From positions 1 through 64,000 of the IMG/VR virus record IMGVR_UViG_3300047560_000604: a stretch of DNA of 64,000 bases. One strand, 5' to 3'. Positions 16,807 to 27,021 of the stretch are shown one piece after another. Under the pieces are notes generated by a model. It worked only from the letters and a program-made list of their open reading frames with translations. It ran no database searches and was not told the origin of the DNA. This stretch comes from a virus. Position numbers and translations under genes: made by a program. The first letter of the stretch is position 1; each line of letters starts with the position of its first letter.

Positions 16807-18114
16807 ATGAGTGAAGTACTTGACAAAACAAAATCAAAGAAAAAGCGTTCTGCAAAATTTGAGAATCTTGTGGGCCCGATGGACAAAAACATTGACATGC
16901 AAGCCCGTGAGCGTTTGGTAACAGCACGTATTGGTTTGCTTTTGCGTCATTCATTCTTCGGTAATCTTGCTACTCGCATGACGTTGACAAACGCAGACGA
17001 ATGGTGCTCAACAGCCGCAACTGACGGCTTGAAATTCTATTACAACTCTCGCTTCATTATGATGTTGAAGCCTAAGGAAGTTGAATTCCTCGTAGGTCAC
17101 GAAGTGTTGCACGTTGTATATGACCACATGGGTCGCCGCAATCATCGTGATCCTCAAATCTGGAACATTGCCGACGACTACGCGGTTAACGCAGACTTGA
17201 AACGACACAAAGTGGGTCAATTCATCACCACAGTACCTTGTCTCTACGAACAAAAGTATGATGGCAAGCCAGCTGAGGAAATCTATGATGACTTGATGAA
17301 GAATGCCAAGAAGATTGATATCAACAGCTTAGTTGACCAATTGATTGATGACCACTTAGATGGTGACGAACAAGACGGTGAAGGTGATGACGGTGAAGGT
17401 GAAGGTAAAGACGGCAAAGGTAAGCCTAAGCGTCCCAAAATGTCACCTGAAGAACGTGAACGTGCCCGTCAAGAAATCAAACAAGCAATTATCAATGCGG
17501 CACAATCAGCAGAGGCAGGTTCATTGCCAAAAGGTGTTGAGCGTCTAGTACGTCAAGCAACTAACCCAGTCATGCCCTGGCGTGAATTGATTCAAACTAA
17601 CTTGACTAGTGCTATTCGTACTGACTACTCTTGGATGCGCCCATCACGCCGTTCTTGGCACATGGATGCAGTTATGCCCGGCATGACACCAGGCGAAGAG
17701 ATTGACGTAGTTGTTGCTATCGACATGTCAGGTTCTATTAGTAACAAACAAGCACAACAATTCTTGGGAGAAATCTCAGGCATGATGGAAGCGTTTGATG
17801 GTTATAAGGTTCATGTATTCTGTTTCGATACCGAAGTCTATAATCCACAAGATTTCACTAGCGAGAACATGGATACTATCGACAGTTACGAACCAGCAGG
17901 TGGCGGTGGTACTGACTTTGATGCTATCTTTGACTACTTGAAGCAAGTTGGTAACGTGCCAAAGCGTTTGATTTGTTTCACTGACGGATATCCCTGTGGT
18001 TCATGGGGTGACAAAGATTATTGCGATACTACATGGATCATTCATGGTGACCCTGATCCGAATCCCCCATTCGGTACATTCGCAATCTATGATGACCACA
18101 AGTCATCTAACTAA
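16807..18114 (+). CDS. Metallopeptidase-like (HExxH) + VWA domain protein, partner of the MoxR ATPase
   Basis: TAATDG, HEVLHV, WNIADDYAVN, VAIDMSGSIS, GGGGTDF, FTDG. Confidence 0.88.
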   Translation: MSEVLDKTKSKKKRSAKFENLVGPMDKNIDMQARERLVTARIGLLLRHSFFGNLATRMTLTNADEWCSTAATDGLKFYYNSRFIMMLKPKEVEFLVGHEVLHVVYDHMGRRNHRDPQIWNIADDYAVNADLKRHKVGQFITTVPCLYEQKYDGKPAEEIYDDLMKNAKKIDINSLVDQLIDDHLDGDEQDGEGDDGEGEGKDGKGKPKRPKMSPEERERARQEIKQAIINAAQSAEAGSLPKGVERLVRQATNPVMPWRELIQTNLTSAIRTDYSWMRPSRRSWHMDAVMPGMTPGEEIDVVVAIDMSGSISNKQAQQFLGEISGMMEAFDGYKVHVFCFDTEVYNPQDFTSENMDTIDSYEPAGGGGTDFDAIFDYLKQVGNVPKRLICFTDGYPCGSWGDKDYCDTTWIIHGDPDPNPPFGTFAIYDDHKSSN

Positions 18115-18120
18115 GGAGCA

Positions 18121-18246
18121 ATGATGGAAGTATTGGGAGAAACAATCGGTACAATCGTACTTGTAAGTGTAGTGGGTGGTATCATATACGCCTTCTATCG
18201 CATATTGAAATATATGCTTGATGGTATTAAGGGTAGTGACGATTGA
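18121..18246 (+). CDS. 41-aa membrane protein (not in ORF track)
   Basis: AAGGAG SD; MMEVLGETIGTIVLVSVVGGIIYAFYRILKYMLDGIKGSDD. Confidence 0.7.
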   Translation: MMEVLGETIGTIVLVSVVGGIIYAFYRILKYMLDGIKGSDD

Positions 18247-18464
18247 TTTATGAGAGTCCAGACGGGGGTAAGACAGTTTACTCCCGTCGCCCCGGCGAAA
18301 CGGAGAGAACATTGATTCACGAAAGTACTGAAGTGCGGGCTAGAAACCGATGGGCTAAGTTTGCAAACATCTTACATCTTGCAGAGACAGAACCTGCGCT
18401 TGATGATGCAGTCAAGAAAGTGGAAATGCTTTACGCATTGTTAAAGGATAATGATGGAAGTTAA
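18243..18464 (+). CDS. Hypothetical protein
   Basis: TTG start overlapping the upstream stop; IYESPDGGKTVYSR. Confidence 0.7.
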   Translation: MIYESPDGGKTVYSRRPGETERTLIHESTEVRARNRWAKFANILHLAETEPALDDAVKKVEMLYALLKDNDGS

Positions 18465-18711
18465 TCCTTCAGTTTGGTATGGTACACGTGAGTTGCCCGA
18501 TGTGCCACCTCACTTTATAAAAACATCAGCACCAGTTACAAGTGAATCACTATTTTGGGTAAAGTCAAAATTAGTAGGTAGATATTCTGTGTACATCGTG
18601 CCTATCACCCTATCATCTAGGACACTCACTGATTCGGGCAATACAGTTATGTATTTTGAGAATCCAGGTGAAGCAATGATGTATGAATTGCGTTGGTCCG
18701 GAAGTAAATAA
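18451..18711 (+). CDS. Dispersed LRW-family small protein
   Basis: Ends FENPGEAMMYELRWSGSK. Confidence 0.7.
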   Translation: MMEVNPSVWYGTRELPDVPPHFIKTSAPVTSESLFWVKSKLVGRYSVYIVPITLSSRTLTDSGNTVMYFENPGEAMMYELRWSGSK

Positions 18712-18765
18712 ATTTCGTCACTGAAAACTCACATTAAATATGTATACCCTTAAGGAGATATTAAT

Positions 18766-19458
18766 ATGAGTTTTTTACGACACGTAGGTAAGATTGGCGA
18801 CCGCAAAGTCGCTATCATTTTCAGAGAAGTACCTGGCGAGCCGCACATGTGCTTGGTGACATACACTGAGACATTAAACATGCACGTTCACGATCCATTG
18901 ATGAAGTGTATTGAGAGTCAAATTGGACAGAGCGCAGAGAATCTAGCTGACGCACTAAATCGCTCTTACACTAAGGACGGTAAAATCATTTTACAAGTTT
19001 TACACGCTGAAGGTTTGATGAAGAAAGTCCAAACTGGTCAAGTTGTTGTCACACCAAATAGCAACACTAGAATCAAACTTGATGAATTGAACAAAATCTT
19101 AGACGAAATGCAACAAGGTGAAAACGCAGTTAAGCGTTTAGCTGAAATGGATGCAAGTCGTGGCTTACAAGATCCAGTTGATGTTGCACGTAGAATGCGC
19201 GGTGAACCCACAGCACAACCATCACAACCAGTAACAGGTATTCCTGATGCAAATGGTATCATGGGTGATTCTGCTCTAGCTAATAACTTGTTGCAACAAG
19301 CACAACGTATGACAGCAGAAGCAAAAGGCTTATTGGCTGAAAGCGCAAGATTAGAACAACAAGCTAATGAAATGTTAGGTGTGCCAGTCGCTACACAAAC
19401 TACTGCACCGGTTGCTAAAAAGCGTGGTCGTCCAGCGAAAGTAAAAGTTCCTGCATAA
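18766..19458 (+). CDS. Hypothetical protein with basic C-terminal KKRGRP motif
   Basis: AAGGAG SD; late promoter at 18735. Confidence 0.85.
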   Translation: MSFLRHVGKIGDRKVAIIFREVPGEPHMCLVTYTETLNMHVHDPLMKCIESQIGQSAENLADALNRSYTKDGKIILQVLHAEGLMKKVQTGQVVVTPNSNTRIKLDELNKILDEMQQGENAVKRLAEMDASRGLQDPVDVARRMRGEPTAQPSQPVTGIPDANGIMGDSALANNLLQQAQRMTAEAKGLLAESARLEQQANEMLGVPVATQTTAPVAKKRGRPAKVKVPA

Positions 19459-19465
19459 GTACTAG

Positions 19466-19762
19466 ATGACACCTGAATACCTAAGTAAATGGGAACATAT
19501 CTTAGAAGATATTGATAAGCATAAAGTTCCCGTTCAATTCATTAAAAAAATCGTAGTACGGATGGTTGGTAAGAAACAACATACTATCAACATTCAAAAC
19601 TTGTTGAAACAAGGTTTGGCACCGGAAGAGATTGAAGAAGTAGTTTCTCGCAAACTACACGAGCTTGATCCTTTAATTACAAGTTTCGAGTTCATCCTTA
19701 ATGTAGAAAGTATAGCAGAGACAGTACAACCTGAAACTGATAAAATATTGAATAGATTATGA
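19466..19762 (+). CDS. Hypothetical protein
   Basis: ORF coupled to DHFR by ATGA. Confidence 0.75.
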   Translation: MTPEYLSKWEHILEDIDKHKVPVQFIKKIVVRMVGKKQHTINIQNLLKQGLAPEEIEEVVSRKLHELDPLITSFEFILNVESIAETVQPETDKILNRL

Positions 19763-20202
19763 AGTTGATTATAGCCTTTGATCCTAAAGGAGGAATTGGT
19801 TATCAAGGAAGATTGCCCTGGGATAAACTCCAGGGCGATTTACCAAGATTCAAGGAGTTGACGACAAATAAGATTGTACTTATGGGCCGCAACACTTGGG
19901 ATTCTCTACCAAAGAAACCTCTACCAAACAGAACTAACTGGGTGAAGAGTTCACGCCCTATAGATGATATTACAAATCCAAGCGATGATAAGATTGCACA
20001 AGATAAAGATGTGTGGCTTATCGGTGGCGCCAAGATGATTGAAAGTTATTGGGATTACATTGACGAGATACATGCGTCAAGAACTTTATCCGAATACACT
20101 TGCGATACGTTCATAGATTTAGTAAAATTAGAAAACGAATTCATGTGCTGGTTTAAAGAAGACTTAGCCGACCATTCGTATGAAATTTGGAAAAGAAAAT
20201 GA
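19759..20202 (+). CDS. frd: Dihydrofolate reductase
   Basis: GGIGYQGRLPW, DLPRFKELT, LMGRNTW.SLP.KPLPNR, WLIGGA, CDTF. Confidence 0.95.
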   Translation: MKLIIAFDPKGGIGYQGRLPWDKLQGDLPRFKELTTNKIVLMGRNTWDSLPKKPLPNRTNWVKSSRPIDDITNPSDDKIAQDKDVWLIGGAKMIESYWDYIDEIHASRTLSEYTCDTFIDLVKLENEFMCWFKEDLADHSYEIWKRK

Positions 20203-21110
20203 AACAGTACTTAGATTTATTACAAGATATTTTAGATAACGGAGAAATAAAAGATGACCGAACTGGCGTGGGCACCATTAGTGTTTTTGGACGTAATCTT
20301 CGCTTTGATTTGCGTAGGGGCTTTCCAGCCGTCACAACTAAGAAGTTGGCTTGGCGTGCTTGCAAGGGTGAACTTCTTTGGTTCCTTGAAGGATCAAATG
20401 ACGAAAGACGCCTCGCAGAAATTACGCATGGAACCTCAGACGGTACAGTTACAATCTGGACGCCCAATGCGCTTGCTCCGTATTGGAAGCCTAAGGCGAA
20501 ATTCGAAGGCGACTTGGGTCGTGTCTATGGGGTACAGTGGCGCCACTGGCAAACACCGATTGAACATAAGCAAGAAACATTTAAAGATGAATTCGGCAAT
20601 CAATACAACAGGGGCGGGGCGTACCATGTCAAAGAGACGGATCAAATCAAGAACCTCATCGAGGGCTTGAAGAAAGATCCTAACGGACGTAGACACATTA
20701 TCAATGCGTGGAACACAGGTGAGCTAGACCAAATGGCTTTACCACCATGTCACGTTATGTCGCAATTCTATGTAAACAAGAACAATGAACTTAGTTGCCA
20801 CATGTATCAACGAAGTGTTGATGTGTTTTTGGGATTACCGTTCAATATTGCAAGCTATGCGTTGTTAACTCACCTGATTGCACAAGTATGCGGTATGGGA
20901 GTTGCTGAATTGATTATCTCCACCGGTGATACTCATATCTATCAGAACCACTTAGATCAAGTAAAAGAACAATTGCAACGTGAACCATTAGCACCACCAA
21001 CGTTAGTGTTGAATCCTACGGTCACTGATATATTTGGCTTTATGATGAACGACATTGTATTGAATGATTACAAGTCTATGGACTCTATCAAAGCACAGAT
21101 GGCAGTGTAA
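20199..21110 (+). CDS. thyA: Thymidylate synthase
   Basis: DRTGVGT, DLGRVYG.QWR, MALPPCH, YQRSVDVFLGLPFNIASY. Confidence 0.97.
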   Translation: MKQYLDLLQDILDNGEIKDDRTGVGTISVFGRNLRFDLRRGFPAVTTKKLAWRACKGELLWFLEGSNDERRLAEITHGTSDGTVTIWTPNALAPYWKPKAKFEGDLGRVYGVQWRHWQTPIEHKQETFKDEFGNQYNRGGAYHVKETDQIKNLIEGLKKDPNGRRHIINAWNTGELDQMALPPCHVMSQFYVNKNNELSCHMYQRSVDVFLGLPFNIASYALLTHLIAQVCGMGVAELIISTGDTHIYQNHLDQVKEQLQREPLAPPTLVLNPTVTDIFGFMMNDIVLNDYKSMDSIKAQMAV

Positions 21111-21346
21111 TGCAGTACTTGGTTAAAAAAATCAGGATGAGCGATGTGGAAGATCCTGATCTGATGGTGTCGCAACCTATATATGAGTGGCAACAAACAG
21201 ATGCTGGTAAGTATGTAATGGCTAACAGCAAGCCTGAACCCATGTGGACTAGGACCGTTGACGCAACGACATATGGGTACTTGTATTTGATACATGCAGA
21301 GTTTACACCAGAGCAAATAACATATTATAAGTTGAAATTCGAATGA
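21110..21346 (+). CDS. Small hypothetical protein (LRW-like C-terminus)
   Basis: Ends FTPEQITYYKLKFE; coupled at both ends. Confidence 0.7.
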   Translation: MQYLVKKIRMSDVEDPDLMVSQPIYEWQQTDAGKYVMANSKPEPMWTRTVDATTYGYLYLIHAEFTPEQITYYKLKFE

Positions 21347-22305
21347 ACATTTTAGTAACAGGCGGAATGGGATTGATCGGTCATAACGTTGTTAAACGTT
21401 TACAGGACCAAGGTCATCAAGTATCAATCATTGATAATCAAACTAACTACGGTATTATCCCGCAAGACCAAATTGACTATCTCTTATCAGAACGAAAGAA
21501 GAAGATTCAATTAGGGGACTTCATTTATACTGCTGATATTTCAGACGCACGAAAAGTGAGTTCTATCTTCCATATTGAAGAACCTGAGATTGTAATTCAC
21601 TGTGCTAGTTTCCCTAGACAGAAGGTAGTTAACGCTGATCCGGCGATGGGTAGTCGTGTTATGAGTGAAGGGTTGCTCAACTTACTGGAATCTAGTAAAA
21701 ACTATGATGTTCGCAAGTTCATCTATATCAGTTCGTCAATGGTATATGGTGATTTTAAAGACGATGTGAAAGAAGACTATGACTGCAAACCACAAGGACA
21801 GTACGGAATCCTCAAGCTGGCAGGCGAAGCACTTGTCAAAGATTATAGCCGTCGTGACAATCTTAATTATACTATTATACGCCCCTCTGCTGTATACGGC
21901 CCACTTGACGTGGAAGACCGAGTCATCAGCAAGTTCATTCTCAACGCAATGCGTGGATTGCCTATCAGAGTTAACGGAGCAAACGAGACTCTTGACTTCA
22001 CGTATGTCGAAGACGCAGCAGATGGAATCGTTGCCGCAGCCCTCTCAGACAATACCGACAACAGAACCTACAACATCACCAAGTCGCACTCTCATACCTT
22101 ACTTGATGCTGCTACTCTAGCAGTAAAGATAGTCGGTAAGGGCGAGATTATAGTGGGTGACAGAGACTTAGACTTCCCTAGTAGGGGAGCATTGAACATT
22201 GATGCTGCCAGACGAGACTTTGATTTTGACCCCAAAGTTGATGTAGAAGAAGGCTTTAAAATTTACTATGATTGGCTAAAGGACTCTACATACTTTAATA
22301 AATAA
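21343..22305 (+). CDS. NAD-dependent nucleotide-sugar epimerase/dehydratase
   Basis: ILVTGGMGLIG, SSSMVYG, YGILK, IRPSAVYGP, DFTYVED. Confidence 0.93.
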   Translation: MNILVTGGMGLIGHNVVKRLQDQGHQVSIIDNQTNYGIIPQDQIDYLLSERKKKIQLGDFIYTADISDARKVSSIFHIEEPEIVIHCASFPRQKVVNADPAMGSRVMSEGLLNLLESSKNYDVRKFIYISSSMVYGDFKDDVKEDYDCKPQGQYGILKLAGEALVKDYSRRDNLNYTIIRPSAVYGPLDVEDRVISKFILNAMRGLPIRVNGANETLDFTYVEDAADGIVAAALSDNTDNRTYNITKSHSHTLLDAATLAVKIVGKGEIIVGDRDLDFPSRGALNIDAARRDFDFDPKVDVEEGFKIYYDWLKDSTYFNK

Positions 22306-22309
22306 GAGT

Positions 22310-22738
22310 ATGTTCATCTTTGAAGTCACACCCAACTGGATATTCCACTCGTTATTCTATCTTAGTATAGTTTCAATCATTCTTGGCTTTGTTTTCGGCA
22401 AAGCCAAGTTGATAAAACAATATGCCTTGATGCTGAAAATTTCGGGCATTATTGGATTTGCCGTATCTACATTCTTAGAAGGTGCATTATACGATTATAA
22501 CACAATGCAAGCTAGGATTGAAGAAGCTAAACAGCAAACAGCCGAGTATGAGCAAAAGAACAAAGAGTTGAATGACAAGTTAGCTAAGAAAGCTACAGTG
22601 ACTAAAGAAAAGATTAAGGTCAAGAAAGAGTATGTTACTCGTTACATTGACCGCGAAGTTAAGAAATACGACAATACATGTGTGATTCCGAAGCCGTTCG
22701 TTGATGCACATAATCAATCAGCGGAGAGAGCAAAATGA
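22310..22738 (+). CDS. Putative i-spanin (Rz-like)
   Basis: N-terminal TM segments, coiled coil, C..PK.FV..HN; overlaps a lipoprotein gene. Confidence 0.7.
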   Translation: MFIFEVTPNWIFHSLFYLSIVSIILGFVFGKAKLIKQYALMLKISGIIGFAVSTFLEGALYDYNTMQARIEEAKQQTAEYEQKNKELNDKLAKKATVTKEKIKVKKEYVTRYIDREVKKYDNTCVIPKPFVDAHNQSAERAK

Positions 22739-23049
22739 AGCACAATGATCCAAAACAAATCATAAAGTCTATGATGGGCTTTGTAATGGTTCTGTTGTTA
22801 GTTGTATTCATATTGACAGGTTGCACAACTCCACCAGTCATCCCTAAGTTCCCCGAAGCACCCACTAAGGCTGGAGCAATGGAACAATGCCCCGACCTAA
22901 AGAAACTTCAAGACGGGGCAAAATTAAGTGATGTTAGTCAAACTATCAACATCAACTATTCAACCTATTACGAATGTGCTGTAAAGGCAGACATATGGAT
23001 TGAATGGTATAACATCAACAAAATCAACTACGAAAAGATCGGCAAGTAA
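22735..23049 (+). CDS. Putative o-spanin (Rz1-like lipoprotein)
   Basis: Lipobox ILTGC followed by Pro-rich PPVIPKFPEAP. Confidence 0.72.
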   Translation: MKHNDPKQIIKSMMGFVMVLLLVVFILTGCTTPPVIPKFPEAPTKAGAMEQCPDLKKLQDGAKLSDVSQTININYSTYYECAVKADIWIEWYNINKINYEKIGK

Positions 23050-23865
23050 TTACTCTGCCGCACCCTTACACTTAGCACGTTTAGCGTTAGTCAACTGACC
23101 AAAGTCTACTTTCCATTCAGTACCGGGAGCTAACTCTTTAGCATTGCCCGGGAACTTAAAGCGTACACCAGCTTCTTGTTGAACCTGAGCAATCGGAGCA
23201 CGGAACTTAGTCAAATCATTTCCTAAATTCACGTATGGTTTAGTGTGCGGGAATCTCCAAGCTGCAACTTCACCTGTTTGATTGTTGATTACGACTTTGT
23301 AATAAGCGTGAGGGATAATGATCCCCTTGAATGACTCATCACCAGCGCCATACATAGCTCCAACGTATATCGTATAGCTTTGGTTCGTTTGTACTGCCCA
23401 ACCACGCACTGAAGTTTCCAGTAACTTCCAAATTCCACGGTTTAGACTTCCATGCTGCGGATACATGTTTGTCATTAAAAAACTCTCATATTCCACCATC
23501 TGATTGTAGGATAGGTCGCCATCCGGTGCCGCGTGTCCCTTGTCGTATCCTGTACCAGCATAGTCATCAGGTCTTGCACCTGTGCCATTTAAAGACTGGT
23601 CAGCCACGAAGGCGTTTGTTCTAGGAAAGCAACCTAATGCGTTTTCCGGCTTCAATGTATATGCTACGTAAACCGGAATTTTAACTGGTGCGTCATAAGC
23701 GACTAGATAGCCCTCACGGCATATAGCCTGTGCTTGACGCTGAGTTTCAGCAAATCCATATGGACTGTGAACTTGACATTGTTGTACGGGTAACGGGGCT
23801 CTTTGGTCCCATGCTTGAGCGGATGCTGATACAACTAACAGCAATCCTAATAGAAATTTGTGCAT
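23050..23865 (-). CDS. Secreted DNA/RNA non-specific endonuclease (NucA/EndA family)
   Basis: Signal peptide; YAGTGYDKGHAAP, FLMTNMYPQ..LNRG.W..LE, IIIP..YYKV. Confidence 0.92.
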   Translation of the reverse strand: MHKFLLGLLLVVSASAQAWDQRAPLPVQQCQVHSPYGFAETQRQAQAICREGYLVAYDAPVKIPVYVAYTLKPENALGCFPRTNAFVADQSLNGTGARPDDYAGTGYDKGHAAPDGDLSYNQMVEYESFLMTNMYPQHGSLNRGIWKLLETSVRGWAVQTNQSYTIYVGAMYGAGDESFKGIIIPHAYYKVVINNQTGEVAAWRFPHTKPYVNLGNDLTKFRAPIAQVQQEAGVRFKFPGNAKELAPGTEWKVDFGQLTNAKRAKCKGAAE

Positions 23866-23948
23866 AAATGCTCCTTAATATACGTATATTTATGATTGGG
23901 TAACTATTAGTTGCAGCCACGATAAATATATAATAACGGGATAGTAAA

Positions 23949-24737
23949 ATGACGATTACAACGGCAAATATTGATATTGGTGATTTACCAAACGACGGAA
24001 CAGGTGATCCGTTACGATATGCATTTGAGAAGATTAATGAGAACTTTGCTTTATTAGCAGAGGGGCAAGTTACTGGACCCGATGGGTCATTTCAGTTCAA
24101 CGATGGCGGTGTTCCTAACGGCACTGCTAATTTTGCATATGTTTCTTCTAATAACACTGTTCAACTTGGGGCCAACGTAGCAATCACCGGTAGTATATCT
24201 ATCGGTAATAGTAGTAATGCCATTACTAATTTGTATGTAGGTAACACTGGTTTGCGTATCGGTGGGGTAAAAGTCACTGAAAATGCAAACATTATTAGCT
24301 TCCCGGTCAACGTATTACCTACACTAAAGGCTAGTTTAGCAGTTAATGATATATTAGCAGACGGCAAAGTCGCAGCCAATGTTAGTTTACGTGCAGGTAA
24401 TACTGTCATTTCTGATTTACAGGAAGTTACATCTAATAATGATGCGAACCAAGTAATTTACACGTTTGATTCTTCAACATTCAGATCCGGAATCTTTAAT
24501 ATCAGATCAGTAGAATCATCATCAAACAACAGTCAGTATGCTACAGTAGCAGTTAACAAGTCTCCTGATAACAATGGTGTAAAGTATAGTGTATATGGAA
24601 CAGTGTTTGTCAATAACCCAGTTACAAACTATAACGTAGACCTTCAATACGGATATGTTCGTATTATGGTAAGCCCGATCCCCAACATCACAGTAACACA
24701 TACGTTATCACAGGTATCTGATAACAGCGGGATTTAA
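23949..24737 (+). CDS. Virion structural protein (baseplate/tail-associated type)
   Basis: IDIGDLPNDGTGDPLR.AF.KIN.NF N-terminus; late promoter at 23923. Confidence 0.7.
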   Translation: MTITTANIDIGDLPNDGTGDPLRYAFEKINENFALLAEGQVTGPDGSFQFNDGGVPNGTANFAYVSSNNTVQLGANVAITGSISIGNSSNAITNLYVGNTGLRIGGVKVTENANIISFPVNVLPTLKASLAVNDILADGKVAANVSLRAGNTVISDLQEVTSNNDANQVIYTFDSSTFRSGIFNIRSVESSSNNSQYATVAVNKSPDNNGVKYSVYGTVFVNNPVTNYNVDLQYGYVRIMVSPIPNITVTHTLSQVSDNSGI

Positions 24738-24754
24738 TTAACATAAATATCATT

Positions 24755-25126
24755 ATGAGAGCAACCGAATTTATCAGCGAGGCCCGCAAAATTGCAAAGC
24801 CAACTAAGCGTCAAAAACAATCTACTACTGGGTTGCAAAAGTTTCGTGATCCAGGTGGATATGACCGTACATACGAACTAAACCGTGTCATGATGGCTGC
24901 TGCTGGATCAGATGGTAAAACTCCCATCAAAGTTGATGCGGAAACATACAGTGGTCGTTATAATACCGCACACCCATATACACAAGTTGAAGCAGATATG
25001 CTAAAACAAGCATATAAAGCCGTGGGCAGTGATGCAAAAGATTTGAATCACGGTGACAACAAGAGCAAAGAACTTGATAGTACATATAAAGTTAGTCCAG
25101 TCATTGGATTTAAAGGCTTTAAATAA
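24755..25126 (+). CDS. Late hypothetical protein with MRATEFISE leader
   Basis: TAAATA-5-ATG. Confidence 0.8.
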   Translation: MRATEFISEARKIAKPTKRQKQSTTGLQKFRDPGGYDRTYELNRVMMAAAGSDGKTPIKVDAETYSGRYNTAHPYTQVEADMLKQAYKAVGSDAKDLNHGDNKSKELDSTYKVSPVIGFKGFK

Positions 25127-25160
25127 TTTTTGAGTATTAGTTCTATGAATAAGTAGAACT

Positions 25161-25847
25161 ATGCTTGATATTAATAACACACTAGACCTAGTCAAACTCA
25201 AATTCTACAACGAATGGTTGTACACCAGTCATCTTTATGATGAAGGTGAAACAGAGTTACACAAAAAGATGACCAGTGAAATGGTCAAGACTTACGTTGA
25301 TCCGATGAACATCCCTAGAAACGCAAACATCCTAGATGTATATTGCGGTACTGGTTATTTCTTAGAAGAAATGAAAGATCGTGGATATACTAACGTCACT
25401 GGTATTACTCTTAGTGAAGTAAACGCAAAGATGTGCCGTGATAAGGGACTTACTGTAAAAGAATATGATCCTACATTCCTCCCACAAAGTGACGGTTTTA
25501 TTGATGAATCTGTTGATTTCATCTTTATGAGACATTATCTGCAACATAGTCCATATCCGATCTTTAGTTTGATTGAATATAACAGAATCTTGAAGCAATA
25601 TGGTAAGATGTACATTGAAGTACCTGCTCCAGATTGTGCAAGGTCACATGAATATAATCAGAATCATTATTCTATCATGGGCGCAAAGCAACTAGACGCA
25701 TTATTACAACGCACCGGGTTCAAAGTCGAATCATTCAATGACGTAGATTTTGACCTGAATATTATCGAGAACGGTGAGACTAAAACAGTGAAAGAAAAGT
25801 ACTTCTGTATCGTGGTTAGCAAGCAAAGTCCACTAGATATTAAGTAA
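25161..25847 (+). CDS. Class I SAM-dependent methyltransferase
   Basis: ILDVYCGTGYF, GITLS, DFIFMRH.L.H, RILKQYG..YIEVP. Confidence 0.88.
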   Translation: MLDINNTLDLVKLKFYNEWLYTSHLYDEGETELHKKMTSEMVKTYVDPMNIPRNANILDVYCGTGYFLEEMKDRGYTNVTGITLSEVNAKMCRDKGLTVKEYDPTFLPQSDGFIDESVDFIFMRHYLQHSPYPIFSLIEYNRILKQYGKMYIEVPAPDCARSHEYNQNHYSIMGAKQLDALLQRTGFKVESFNDVDFDLNIIENGETKTVKEKYFCIVVSKQSPLDIK

Positions 25848-25850
25848 AAT

Positions 25851-25872
25851 AAGACGGTCTTAGGACCGTCTT
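25851..25872. terminator. Hairpin, possible terminator
   Basis: AAGACGGTC-TTAG-GACCGTCTT; no clear U-tract on the + strand. Confidence 0.5.
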
Positions 25873-25897
25873 CCTACATCTGTGCATAAATATAAAT

Positions 25898-26158
25898 ATG
25901 AGAGCAACCGAATTTATCAGAAGTCTTTTAGACATTATAGACCAAGTCGATGGTCAAGGTGAAGAAACAACAAACGACTATGAAGACGAGATCGTTGAAC
26001 CTAGTCCTGAAAAGCAATTCTCTAATAGTCCGGACGAAATGTACACGGATGAGAAAGTACTTTTCTCTATGGGCAATGACGTAAATAAACCCAAGCATCC
26101 AGCAGACATTAGAGTTTCAACGGTAGCATTGTATCCAGATACTGCGTATAAGGGCTAA
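25898..26158 (+). CDS. Acidic late protein with MRATEFI leader
   Basis: TAAATA-5-ATG. Confidence 0.75.
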   Translation: MRATEFIRSLLDIIDQVDGQGEETTNDYEDEIVEPSPEKQFSNSPDEMYTDEKVLFSMGNDVNKPKHPADIRVSTVALYPDTAYKG

Positions 26159-26160
26159 TA

Positions 26161-27021
26161 ATGGCTAATATCACTATCACCGTTCAGAGTTTGATTAATG
26201 CGGCAGAATACGATAGCTATACTGTTGCTGACACTACTACTATAGGCACGTTCAAAACAACAATCCAAACTACTACAGGTTGTAGTGTTGATTGGTTTGA
26301 TTTGGTGTTTAACAATGCTCTTTTAGATGTTTCAGAGACATTGGCATTTTATTCTATTACAACTGGTTCTCAGTTAAGAACACACAATAAGATTTCTCGT
26401 CTTGCTACATTAGAACTTAGACAAAAAAGTAAATTAGATTTAGCAGCATTGGATAGAGAAAATTCAAGTAATCCTAGAAGCACATATGATATCACTGAGT
26501 TACCTACACAATATATAGACGATGATGTACATGACAATCCAAACACAGGTGGATTGACAGAAGGCCGTCCTTGGATAGATACAACAACTCCGTTTACTTT
26601 CTACGAAGCAATTGATGATACAGTTGCAATATACACTACCCAATATGTAAGTGGTAACAAGATTTATGCTTACTCATCAAGTTATGACGTTCCAAGCTAT
26701 CAAAATGCACGTGTAGTCGTCAATGACATTGAACTAGCAAACACAGCTTTGCGTGGTCACACTATGGTTGTAACTAATAGTTACGGTGATTTAGTTAGTG
26801 TAACTAACTATGATACGTATATCAACCCTGCTAACCTAACAGCATTAGCAAATGCTCTTGGTGCAGTAACGAGTGGTAATATTGTTATATTAGTATCATA
26901 TGATGCGTGTGCATTCAACTCTGCATGTCGTTCCGCATTGACTACTGGTTACGGAGACACTAACACTACCACTTGGGCTGCTATTCGTTACGACCATATC
27001 TTTATTGGGGTTAAAGTCTAA
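26161..27021 (+). CDS. Ubiquitin-like domain + ILEI/PANDER-like domain protein
   Basis: TIGTFKTTIQ..G....LVFNN.LL...TLA.Y.I..GSQL resembles ubiquitin; RGHTMVV..YDTY..IVILVSYDA..R..HIFIG resembles ILEI. Confidence 0.65.
   Translation: MANITITVQSLINAAEYDSYTVADTTTIGTFKTTIQTTTGCSVDWFDLVFNNALLDVSETLAFYSITTGSQLRTHNKISRLATLELRQKSKLDLAALDRENSSNPRSTYDITELPTQYIDDDVHDNPNTGGLTEGRPWIDTTTPFTFYEAIDDTVAIYTTQYVSGNKIYAYSSSYDVPSYQNARVVVNDIELANTALRGHTMVVTNSYGDLVSVTNYDTYINPANLTALANALGAVTSGNIVILVSYDACAFNSACRSALTTGYGDTNTTTWAAIRYDHIFIGVKV

Noticed and set aside
15564-18114. MoxR-VWA pair as a novel system
   Set aside because: A common, well-known module in large phages
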